Shown: in pieces, positions 10,908-20,156 of the stretch | Layout of the letters: each line of letters starts with the position of its first letter | Position numbering within the stretch: the first letter of the stretch is position 1 | Source of the DNA: Candidatus Poribacteria bacterium | GTDB lineage: Bacteria > Poribacteria > WGA-4E > PCPOR2b | DNA: 64,000 nucleotides | Reading direction: 5' to 3' | Assembly: GCA_965218095.1 (NCBI GenBank) | Contig: OZ244587.1 | Location: forward strand, 3,520,001 to 3,584,000 | Made by a program: the position numbers and the translations under genes | The notes under the pieces: model-generated | The model's input: the letters and a program-made list of their open reading frames with translations, nothing else | Database searches by the model: none | What the model was told of the DNA's origin: nothing

Positions 10908-12536
10908 ATGGAAGAAATAAACTGGGAAATTCCGAGAATATCGGACGATCCAATAAAACTAACGCTAAAGAGTGGTGATCAATTATTCATCATAGGAGCT
11001 AATGGTTCGGGGAAATCGGCGTTAATACAGCGATTTGTTTCGGAGAATAGAGGCAACAGGGTTAAGCGGATAGCTGCACATAGACAAACATGGTTCGACT
11101 CAGGAAGCATCGATCTTACACCCGCAGGGCGCCAAGAACATGAGACAGACACGCTAAACTACAATAGAAACAATGAAGCTCGATGGAAGGATCTCAGGGG
11201 GGGCGAGGGTTTATCTGTTGTCTTATTTGACTTGATTGCTAAAGAAAACGCTATTAACAAGTCTATTGCTCGCCATGTACGTAATCAAGATACTGACCAA
11301 GCATTAGAGTTTTCTGCTGAATCGCCATCGCCGTTCGATCAGATAAATGAGTTGCTTGCTCGCGGCAGACTGACGGTTACGATCGAAAACTCTGATGACC
11401 AGAATCTACTCGCAAGGCACCCACAGGGGGAGCCCTTCAGCATTGCAGAAATGTCAGATGGCGAACGGAACGCAATGATCATCGCAGCGCACGTTATTAC
11501 GGCTGAACCTGAAACGGTGTTCGTGATCGACGAACCGGAAAGACACCTCCACCGATCCATTATCCAGCCATTTCTCTCGGCGTTGTTCGCCCTAAGAAGG
11601 GAGGACTGTACATTTATTATCGCAACCCATGAGATCGCACTGCCGGTCGCCAACCCGGATGCACAAGTTCTCATGCTCCGATCATGCCAGTGGAGCGGTA
11701 AACAATGCCATGCTTGGGATGCCGAAGTCTTGAAGCCGAACTCTGAACTACCGGAGGACCTCAAACTCGCAATCTTGGGATCCAGAAAAAGGATCCTCTT
11801 CGTGGAAGGCCAGCTTGGCAGTTCAGATTTTTCACTCTACACTACTCTCTTTTCCGGACTTTCCGTGATCCCAAAGGAGAGTTGTGAGGAGGTCCAAAAG
11901 GCGGTGCTTGGGTGGCGAGGATCTCAAGAAATCCACCCTGTACATGTAGAAATATTTGGACTCATTGACCGAGATAACCGGACAGACGAGGATGTAAAGG
12001 AACTTGCCAAAAAGGGTGTATTCGCTTTAGAAGTGTATTCGGTTGAAGCTCTCTACTATTGCTCAGACGCTATTGCTGCTGTTGCTGAACAACAAGCAAA
12101 ACTCCGTGATGAAGATGAAAGTAAACTCATCGAGTCGGCCAGGCAAAAGGCAGTTGGTGTTCTGAAAGGCCACGCGGAGGAAATGGCGGCGCGGATGTGC
12201 GAACGCCAAATACAAAAACTCACTCTGTCGAAAATTCCGGGCTGGAAGTCAATTAAGGATAACCCAACTCAACCAATCAGCGTATCTATTGATCCAATAG
12301 CCTATTCTGAGGAGCTTAATTACTTCGATAAACTTGTCGATGATGAATACCTAGATCAACTTATTGCCCGTTACCCAGTGCATAAAAGCTGCGCTCTTAC
12401 AACTATCGCGAAAACCCTCAAATGCTGCGATAGAAACGACTATCAGCAGATAGTTCTCGCCCAAATTCAGAAAGACAGTCAATTGGCTTGCAAGTTCAAA
12501 GAGCGTATTGGCCTACTTTCTGAAACACTGGATTAG
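10908..12536 (+). CDS. ABC-type (AAA_21/AbiEii-like) ATPase fused to a TOPRIM/DUF4435-like domain
   Basis: Walker A GANGSGKS, signature MSDGER, Walker B VIDEPE, H-loop ATH; C-terminal FVEG…D and GLIDRD. Confidence 0.85.
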   Translation: MEEINWEIPRISDDPIKLTLKSGDQLFIIGANGSGKSALIQRFVSENRGNRVKRIAAHRQTWFDSGSIDLTPAGRQEHETDTLNYNRNNEARWKDLRGGEGLSVVLFDLIAKENAINKSIARHVRNQDTDQALEFSAESPSPFDQINELLARGRLTVTIENSDDQNLLARHPQGEPFSIAEMSDGERNAMIIAAHVITAEPETVFVIDEPERHLHRSIIQPFLSALFALRREDCTFIIATHEIALPVANPDAQVLMLRSCQWSGKQCHAWDAEVLKPNSELPEDLKLAILGSRKRILFVEGQLGSSDFSLYTTLFSGLSVIPKESCEEVQKAVLGWRGSQEIHPVHVEIFGLIDRDNRTDEDVKELAKKGVFALEVYSVEALYYCSDAIAAVAEQQAKLRDEDESKLIESARQKAVGVLKGHAEEMAARMCERQIQKLTLSKIPGWKSIKDNPTQPISVSIDPIAYSEELNYFDKLVDDEYLDQLIARYPVHKSCALTTIAKTLKCCDRNDYQQIVLAQIQKDSQLACKFKERIGLLSETLD

Positions 12537-12720
12537 GTAGAAAACCCGCAAACCGAATAGTTAGAACCTCCATTTTTAACCCAAGTTCGTCGCTTCCAGA
12601 TCCTCTCCAGCATCAAACAGGATGCGTATCTCGTCTGCTCTGTGAAATTTGGTTGACACCTATTCACCGAAAGATTATTATGACACCAAAAGAAATTCGC
12701 ATCGTGAAGGAGAAGAAGTC

Positions 12721-14268
12721 ATGCTAGAACTGAACTCAGCACCCGTTGGCTTTGATTACGCTTATAAAAGTGGGCCTAACAGAGATACTACCAAAGCGAT
12801 AGACCCGAAACTTGACGATGCCGAGGAATATAATACCCGCGGCATCGCTTACAGCGAAAATGGCAAGCAAGATAGGGCAATCGCAGACTATAACAAAGTG
12901 ATAGAACTCAAACCCGATTATGCCAACGCCTACAACAATCGCGGCATTGCTTACGGGGTAAAGGGCGATTTTGATCGTGCCATCACAGACTTTAACAAAA
13001 CGATAAAACTCAACCCGAATAGTGCCAATGCCTATAACAATCGTGGCGTTGCTTACGGGTTAAAGGACGAGGTTGACCTTGCCATCGCAGACTATAACAA
13101 AGCGATAAAACTCAAACCCGATTATGCCGCAGCCTATAACAATCGTGGGATTGCTTACCGCGATAAAGGCGATTTTGACCGTGCCATTGCAGACTATAAC
13201 AAAACGATAAAACTCAAACCTGATTATGCCGCAGCCTATAACAATCGTGGTGCTGCTTACGACAAAAAACGCGATTTTGACCTTGCCATCGCAGACTATA
13301 ACAAAGCGATAGAACTCAAACCCAATTATGTCGAGCCATATACCAATCGTGGGGTTGCCTACGACAAAAAACGCGATTTTGACCTTGCCATCGCAGACCA
13401 TAACACGGCGATAAAACTCAAACCCGATTATGCCGAGGCCTATAACAACCGCGGGATTGCTTACTTCAACAAAGGCGATTTTGACCGTGCCATTGAAAAC
13501 TATAACACAGCGATAGAACTCAAATCCGATGATGCCATAGCCTATTACACTCGCGGTGTAACGCGCTTACACCTACAAGCATGGGAAGAAGCCAAATCCG
13601 ACCTGACGACTGCCAGAAACATGGGAGTGGATATCACCGCAGAGTTTTGTAACATCTACGGAAGCGTTGCAGGCTTTGAGCAGATAACAGGTATTCGGTT
13701 ACCTGCAGACATCGCCGCAATGTTGACACCCCAAGTAATTGCCATGCGAAATAAAGAAGCGTGGGAGGCGACTCACGAATTGGCGAGCGATGCCGAAATT
13801 GGCTTAGACGAGCTCTTAGAAAACTATGCGCGGGCATGGAAAACTCTAGCAGAAGTGCCTCTGCTAGAAGGAAGTTCTGTTCACGCAGATTTAGATGACC
13901 TCGCTCCAACGGACATAGAGAAGGCACTGCAAAAAGTACGAGCAGAAGCAGAAGAAGAGAGGAGACTTGATCAAGAACTAGATGCCATCCCAGAAACGGC
14001 TTACCAAGATGTGGATCGGTTTTTGAAAACAATCAACAAACTCGTACCCCTACCCGATATTATGCCCTTAGACAACGGTGAAATCTGCCTCGAATGGCGA
14101 GAAGGACAAAAGATATTTACCTTGAGTTTTGGTGGAGATGGGCACATTGTTTTTGCTGGAATCTTCGGCGCGGAGAATCACACGCGTGGGATATTAACCT
14201 TCTCAATGCCTCACCTTATCGCCGTTATTGGCATGATTACAAGTCTTTACCTCCATTATGATTATTGA
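12721..14268 (+). CDS. TPR-repeat protein with the shared cap followed by a ~180-aa C-terminal extension (putative antitoxin-like domain)
   Basis: ~7 TPRs; cap …LPADIAAML; extension ending PLDNGEICLEW…; RBS AAGGAG before ATG 12721. Confidence 0.8.
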   Translation: MLELNSAPVGFDYAYKSGPNRDTTKAIDPKLDDAEEYNTRGIAYSENGKQDRAIADYNKVIELKPDYANAYNNRGIAYGVKGDFDRAITDFNKTIKLNPNSANAYNNRGVAYGLKDEVDLAIADYNKAIKLKPDYAAAYNNRGIAYRDKGDFDRAIADYNKTIKLKPDYAAAYNNRGAAYDKKRDFDLAIADYNKAIELKPNYVEPYTNRGVAYDKKRDFDLAIADHNTAIKLKPDYAEAYNNRGIAYFNKGDFDRAIENYNTAIELKSDDAIAYYTRGVTRLHLQAWEEAKSDLTTARNMGVDITAEFCNIYGSVAGFEQITGIRLPADIAAMLTPQVIAMRNKEAWEATHELASDAEIGLDELLENYARAWKTLAEVPLLEGSSVHADLDDLAPTDIEKALQKVRAEAEEERRLDQELDAIPETAYQDVDRFLKTINKLVPLPDIMPLDNGEICLEWREGQKIFTLSFGGDGHIVFAGIFGAENHTRGILTFSMPHLIAVIGMITSLYLHYDY

Positions 14269-14671
14269 TCCAAGAGAAAGACTCAGTCGTTTCGTACTGA
14301 GCAGAAATGAGTTTCGTCCTTCTGATCAGACTGTTAGGCCTAAAGCATTTATCCCGCCAAAAAACAAACGGTTGTCCGTTTACCGTACCTCAACACTGAG
14401 CGAAGACGAGATTTGGTCAACTGGTAACGAGTTTGTCGCTGAACCGAGAGGTAAGACCCTTTACGGTCGAGCAGACCTTTTGGCACAAGATGTTTACGCT
14501 CTCCGGCAAAAGGTTGAACCAGAAACTTCTATACATCCTTTACATGCTGATATTATACTGTGGCCAGACGGACGGGACGACATTTTATTTTTGGCAACTC
14601 AACTCGTACTACGGTCGAAATTCGTTTCAAGAACGTCATCCCCGAACGCTTTAGTCGGGGACGGGAAATGA
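14258..14671 (+). CDS. Small hypothetical protein, possible ART/RES-like toxin fold
   Basis: Overlaps the upstream stop; R…AF…LSVYR…HADI pattern. Confidence 0.55.
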   Translation: MIIDPRERLSRFVLSRNEFRPSDQTVRPKAFIPPKNKRLSVYRTSTLSEDEIWSTGNEFVAEPRGKTLYGRADLLAQDVYALRQKVEPETSIHPLHADIILWPDGRDDILFLATQLVLRSKFVSRTSSPNALVGDGK

Positions 14672-14958
14672 GATTAATCAACTGATACACTTAATACAAC
14701 TTAACTCCTGAAGAAATTGCCATTGTGGAGGATTGGGTGGGTAAATTGTCTGAATCAGGATTTTCAGGATAAGAGAGGATTGGTCGCCATCTCAACTCGA
14801 CGAGCAAAAGAATCCTGAAAATCCAGTGAATCCAGATTCAGACAATTGCGAGGATAAGGTATCGCCGATAACGGGTCTTTTTGAATCCGTGTCATCCTTT
14901 AATCTGCGGCAATCCGCGATTCAGACAATGAAGAAATTACCATTGTGGAGGACAAATC

Positions 14959-16698
14959 ATGAACTCACAAAACGACCTAAGCAAAATTAGGGAAAAAATC
15001 AGCGAGATAGAGGAAAAATCAGCCAACGGCGACTATATCTACCGCGGCGAACCTGAATGTTATGAGAAAGTCTCCTCGAACCTCTACCGCCAATACGAGA
15101 AAGAAATTGAGGCGGAGCACTTTGATATAGAGGTTGTCCAAACAGAAATTCTGAACGAGGCTAAGAAATATGCCCGCGAGACCGACAACGAATTTGAAAT
15201 CATGCCCCAACTCCAACACTGCGGAGGTAAAACTAACCTGATAGACTTTACGACCGACTACCTGATAGCGCTCTTCTTCGCCTGTGATGGCTTTCTTGAC
15301 AAACCCGGTAGGGTTATCTTGTTGGGAGAAAGAGCACGGAGAGAAAACCAAGTCGAGGAACCTCCGAATCCAATAAATCGCGTCAAAGATCAGAAGAGTA
15401 TATTCGTTCAACCGCCCAAGGGCTTTATTGAACCAGAACTAGACAATATAATTGATATTCCCAAATGCCTCAAACAGCTCATGTTAAACCACTTGGAAAA
15501 GTACCACCGCATATCTACCGAAACCATCTACAATGACCTTCATGGATTTATTAGAAATCAGGACCTCCATCAAAGCGCCTACACGGAGTTTTTTAAAGGT
15601 TTGACGTGTCAAAAGAGAAAGCAGTATGATAAAGCCATTGAGCATTATACCACAACGATAGAACTCAAACCTAATTATGCCGAGGCCTATAACAATTGCG
15701 GCATTGCTTACCGCAACAAAGGCGAGATTGACCATGCTATCGAAGACTTTAACACAGCGATAGGACTCAAACCTGATTATGCCGAGGCCTATAACAATCG
15801 CGGCATTGCTTACCGCGACAAAGGCGAGATTGACCATGCTATCGAAGACTTTAACACAGCGATAGAACTCAACGATTATGCCCCGGCCTATAACAATCGC
15901 GGCAATGCTTACCGCAACAAAGGCGAGATTGACCATGCTATCGAAGACTTTAACACAGCGATAGAACTCAAACCTAATTATGCCCCGGCCTATAACAATC
16001 GCGGCATTGTTTACCACGACAAAGGCGATTTAGAACGCGCTATCGAAGCCTATACCAAAGCGATAAAACTCAACAATTATGCCCCGGCCTATAACAATCG
16101 CGGCACTGCTTACCACGACAAAGGCGATTTAGAACGTGCTATCGAAGACTATAACACAGCGATAGAACTCAAACCACACCTTGCCGAGGTCTATTACAAT
16201 CGCGGCAATGCTTACCGCAACAAAGGCGAGATTGACCATGCTATCGAAGACTATACCAAAGCGATAGAACTGAATCCCGATTATGACGAGGCCTATAACA
16301 ATCGCGGCACTGCTTACAACGACGAAGGCGATTTTGACCACGCCATCGAAGATTTTAACAAAGCGATACAACTCAAACCATACTTTACCGAGGCCTATAA
16401 CAATCGCGGGGTGGCTTACGGCAAACCGGGTGAGTACGCCCTTGCCATCGAAGACTATACCAAAGCGATAGAACTGAATCCCGATTATGCCATCGCTTAT
16501 AACAATCGCGGTGAGGCGTGGTTACACCTGCAAGAATGGGGTAAAGCCAAAGCCGACCTGACGACTGCCAAAAACATGGGGGTGGATATTATCACAGCGT
16601 TTCGTAACGACTACGTAGACATCTCGGACTTCGAGCAGAGAAATGGCGTCGAGTTACCGAAAGACATCTCCGCAATGCTAAGGCGACCGCAGACATGA
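14959..16698 (+). CDS. FRG-domain + TPR-repeat protein
   Basis: YIYRGE, LQHCGGKTNLIDFTTDYLIALFFAC; ~9 TPRs; shared cap. Confidence 0.9.
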   Translation: MNSQNDLSKIREKISEIEEKSANGDYIYRGEPECYEKVSSNLYRQYEKEIEAEHFDIEVVQTEILNEAKKYARETDNEFEIMPQLQHCGGKTNLIDFTTDYLIALFFACDGFLDKPGRVILLGERARRENQVEEPPNPINRVKDQKSIFVQPPKGFIEPELDNIIDIPKCLKQLMLNHLEKYHRISTETIYNDLHGFIRNQDLHQSAYTEFFKGLTCQKRKQYDKAIEHYTTTIELKPNYAEAYNNCGIAYRNKGEIDHAIEDFNTAIGLKPDYAEAYNNRGIAYRDKGEIDHAIEDFNTAIELNDYAPAYNNRGNAYRNKGEIDHAIEDFNTAIELKPNYAPAYNNRGIVYHDKGDLERAIEAYTKAIKLNNYAPAYNNRGTAYHDKGDLERAIEDYNTAIELKPHLAEVYYNRGNAYRNKGEIDHAIEDYTKAIELNPDYDEAYNNRGTAYNDEGDFDHAIEDFNKAIQLKPYFTEAYNNRGVAYGKPGEYALAIEDYTKAIELNPDYAIAYNNRGEAWLHLQEWGKAKADLTTAKNMGVDIITAFRNDYVDISDFEQRNGVELPKDISAMLRRPQT

Positions 16699-16816
16699 AT
16701 GTTGACAGACAGATTAACCTCCGAGGAAATTGCCATTGTGGAGGAAGCCCTTGAAAGAAAATTAACCTGATGATTACGCCGCCAAATTTCAAAAATTGGT
16801 GTAGGAGGATAAATCC

Positions 16817-17134
16817 ATGAATGGCGCAGAAAAGGTCGTAAAGCATTTGGAAATGACCCAAGCCGTTATTAACCATTTGGGAAGCAACAGCCTCTTGGTC
16901 AAAAGCTGGAGCATGACAATTATCGTCGCAGCGATGGTTTTAATCGGCAAACAGGACATACAAAGCCCATATTTTTCATGGTGCTTATTCTTCCCATCCT
17001 GGGATTTCGGTAGAGGTTATGTTCACCTTTTTCGTGTTTGTAGTGGTTTATACGAAGGCATTATAAAGTCCATGCATCCAACTCGCGAGTCGAGGGAAAT
17101 CAGGGTGCCCCTATCGGTGAGTTCGGGGTTGTGA
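16817..17134 (+). pseudogene. Truncated membrane protein of the HLEMIQxVIxRxxxNSxxxKxW family
   Basis: N-terminal motif KHLEMTQAVINHLGSNSLLVKSW plus one TM helix, after which the sequence degenerates. Confidence 0.55.
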
Positions 17135-17285
17135 TTGTTTCCCTGAATTCCCGGACAGATCAGCGTAGGCCTGGCAAATTCGGCCACCAAAGGCGCAGGA
17201 AGGAATCAACTAATGAGCAGCCGCATCCATTGATTTCGAGCAGTCCAATTGTCTGAGAGAGCCATGTAAGGAAAGGAGGTCAATT

Positions 17286-18449
17286 ATGACGCGAACTATA
17301 GGCGTCGGCGTAATCGGCATGGGGTGGATGGGCGCCGTACACAGCCGTACCTACCAACAGATTCCGAACCGTTTTCAAGACGGTGGCATCCAACCACGCC
17401 TGGTAATCTGCGCTGATGACGTTGAGGCGCGTGCGCATGAAGCGCAAGAACTTTTGGGCTTTGAACGATACACTACGGATTGGAAACAGGTCATTGCCGA
17501 TCCGGAGGTTGAGGTTGTGAATATTACCGCTCCAAACAACATGCACCTTGAAATTGTGCGGGCAGCAGCCGGGGCGGGTAAGCATATCTTCTGCGAGAAA
17601 CCTGTTGGTCGAAATCCGCAGGAAACTGCCGACATCGAATATGCAGCACGCCAGGCTGGCGTTTTGACCTTTGTCGGTTATAATTACAGGTGGGCGCCGC
17701 TTGTGCAGTACGCCCGACAACTGATTCAAGAAGGACGCCTGAGCAGGCTGACGCACTATCGCGGGCGTTTCTTTGCGGGCTATGCAAGTAATCCTCACAG
17801 CGTACTGTCGTGGCGTCTTCAGCGCGAGGTTGCGGGGCTGGGGAGCCTGGGTGACCTGATGTCGCATGTCATCGATATGGCACAGATGATAGCTGGTCCT
17901 ATCAAGCGTGTGGTGGGCAACTGCGAGACTTTCGTCCCACAACGTCCGCTTGCCACACCTGGTGAAGGCACGCATTTCAGCATCCGCACAGACGGCCCAA
18001 TGGGCGATGTTACCAACGAAGACTATGTTGGCGCGTTGGTGCAATTTGCCAATGGAGCCCATGGCGCTTTGGAGGTCTGTCGGGTCATAAACGGCCCGCA
18101 GTGTCAACTGGCATGGGAGGTGCATGGTACGGGCGGGGCATTAAATTGGGACTTCGAGCGCATGAATGAGCTCAATCTATTTCTCTCCCATGAGGATAGT
18201 GCGCGCGACGGTTACACCCGTATCATGAGCGGTCCCGAGCACCCGTTTCATGCACAGTTCAATCCTGGACCTGGTGTGGGTTTAGGCTACGAAGACCTAA
18301 AGCTCATTGAAGCCTACCAATTCTTGAAGTCGATTCGAGATGGGGAACAGCGCGAACCCGGCTTCCGCGAAGCGCTGGCCGTGGCTGACGTACTGGCTGC
18401 GATTCAACGCTCGTGGGAGACGGGGGGTTGGGAAAACGTACAGATATAG
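17286..18449 (+). CDS. Gfo/Idh/MocA family oxidoreductase
   Basis: GVIGMGWMG Rossmann motif, [13 protein letters not shown]; strong RBS. Confidence 0.92.
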   Translation: MTRTIGVGVIGMGWMGAVHSRTYQQIPNRFQDGGIQPRLVICADDVEARAHEAQELLGFERYTTDWKQVIADPEVEVVNITAPNNMHLEIVRAAAGAGKHIFCEKPVGRNPQETADIEYAARQAGVLTFVGYNYRWAPLVQYARQLIQEGRLSRLTHYRGRFFAGYASNPHSVLSWRLQREVAGLGSLGDLMSHVIDMAQMIAGPIKRVVGNCETFVPQRPLATPGEGTHFSIRTDGPMGDVTNEDYVGALVQFANGAHGALEVCRVINGPQCQLAWEVHGTGGALNWDFERMNELNLFLSHEDSARDGYTRIMSGPEHPFHAQFNPGPGVGLGYEDLKLIEAYQFLKSIRDGEQREPGFREALAVADVLAAIQRSWETGGWENVQI

Positions 18450-18625
18450 TACACTCTCATTTTGACGGGCGCCGTAGAGCCTGTCCGATTCTCGGACGAG
18501 CACTGCTAGTTGGTTCATCCGCTTCGGCGGTGGCGGTTGAACGGTCCCCAATTGCATTGAGGGTAGGCTTGGCAGCGCCGCTCTACTTTAACCCTCACGA
18601 GTTATTTTACAAACAGGAGGTCAAA

Positions 18626-19183
18626 ATGAAAATCCGTGAAGATTTAAAACCCGGTAACATATTCCCAAACTTTGAACGCCCCGACCAAGACGGCGTGATC
18701 AGAACACTGGACGAACTGATGCGGGGATGGCCAACGATTGTCGTCTTCTGGCGTGGACAGTATTGACCGAAGGATGTTCTCCAGTTGGAGAATTACGCAA
18801 GAGACTTGCAGCCCGAATTGCGGGTCAACTACTGCAAGCTAATCGCGGTCTCAGTCGATGATCAGGAAACGACACAAGCCTTTCGTGCGCGGATCAGCGC
18901 GGAGTGGCCTTTCCTGATTGACGCCGATCGGGCGCTGATCAATGAACTGGACATCGTGGACAACACGGACCCGGTCCACTCTCCGATTCCCATTCCCTAT
19001 ACCTTTGTGCTGGACAGCAATCGTGAAATCTACAAAATTTACAACGGTTGGTGGTTTGTGGGACGCCCCACGGTGGAGGAGCTACGGCACGATTTGCGGG
19101 CATTGATAGCGCGCCGAAATGACTATGAATATGACTGTGCATGGGATGTCTCAGAGGAGGTACGGGAGGGGGCATTTCTCTAG
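18626..19183 (+). CDS. AhpC/TSA-family redoxin with in-frame UGA (18764-18766), probable selenoprotein
   Basis: ORFs 18413..18766 and 18785..19183 are in the same frame, giving FWRGQY-UGA-PKD at the peroxidatic Cys position; RBS AGGAGG before ATG 18626. Confidence 0.8.
18777..18792 (+). promoter_or_regulatory. Putative bacterial SECIS hairpin
   Basis: TTCTCC-AGTT-GGAGAA, starting 11 nt after the UGA, with G in the apical loop. Confidence 0.6.
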
Positions 19184-19269
19184 GGCGTATTGGCGAACTT
19201 GAGACAGTCCTTGTTGGATGGAAATGACGGTGTGCAGCGGAGAACGGAAAACGGGAAACATGCGACGAC

Positions 19270-19715
19270 TTATACCAACTTTTCGATTTCCGTACGAAGC
19301 GCTTCAAAAGTTTCTGCGACAGACATGCCTGCTTCCTGCAGTACTTCTGCTCTGCCGCAAACCGAACCGCGCCCGCCTTCGACAATCACCCCGGCGTGAC
19401 CAAACCACACACCCTCAAGATCATCCACAAACCGGCGGGATAAAAATGCAGTAATGCGGAGTCGAGAGGGCTTTTTCTTCAATCGTTCCGCAAATTGTTC
19501 CTCCGCAGCGCCACCCGGTTCACCATAAATAATCCCCGCATCTGTGGCGGGGGCATCTTCGAGTAACTCAACCAGATCCGTGAAATTTGAACCGACGATT
19601 GGATCGCCACCCACTCCGATGGCGATGCTTTGCCCAATGCCACGGCTGGTTAAATAACTGGCGATTTCGGTAGTCATACCGCCGCTGCGGGAAAGCACCG
19701 CGACATGTCTCCGCG
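19270..19715 (-). pseudogene. sucD: Succinyl-CoA synthetase alpha-like C-terminal fragment
   Basis: VAVLSRSGGMT…GVGGDPIVG…YGEPGG…FGHAG; N-terminus missing. Confidence 0.7.
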
Positions 19716-20050
19716 TAAACGAGCGACGCACATTATCCACGCGCCCACCAATAGAAACACTTCTTCGGGGCGTTGCACTTTCGTCAAGGTTAAGCCCTCC
19801 AAACCGGGGCAAATCATCGCACGCAGATCCGCCTCCATATCCGCGCTCCCGGCGGGGTGGATACGCACGAAACGAAGCGAACCTCCCGGCGGATGTCCCA
19901 GGGCTTTTGCTGGCAGGGAGCGGGCGGTATCTTTCTCGGCACGCCATCCTCTAGATCGAACATCGCAACATCTAGCTTCAGCCCGAGGGCTTTATCGATC
20001 ATTTTCTGTTGATGCCCAGGCACGAACATCCAGGACCGCATCATCTGCAT
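19716..20050 (-). pseudogene. CitE/HpcH-HpaI CoA-ester lyase N-terminal fragment, frameshifted
   Basis: RSWMFVPG…FDLEDGVP, continuing in another frame as …GLTLTKVQRPEEV. Confidence 0.7.
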
Positions 20051-20156
20051 ATAAACCTCCCATTCTCTGCCTCCGGGAAGAGGTCTTTTTCAGATTGCAT
20101 ATTTAATCCACCTTTCCGCAATCAGTTTTTTGCGGCTTTCAAAATGTTGCTGACCT

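Noticed and set aside
6777-16371. Minus-strand hydrophobic ORFs opposite the TPR genes
   Set aside because: Antisense shadows of repetitive TPR codons.
1-16698. Diversity-generating retroelement acting on the TPR genes
   Set aside because: No reverse transcriptase in the window, and differences between repeats are not confined to adenines.
5353-16745. CRISPR array or classical attC integron
   Set aside because: Repeats are degenerate and irregularly spaced by whole genes; there are no cas or intI genes and no clear RYYYAAC…GTTRRRY boxes.
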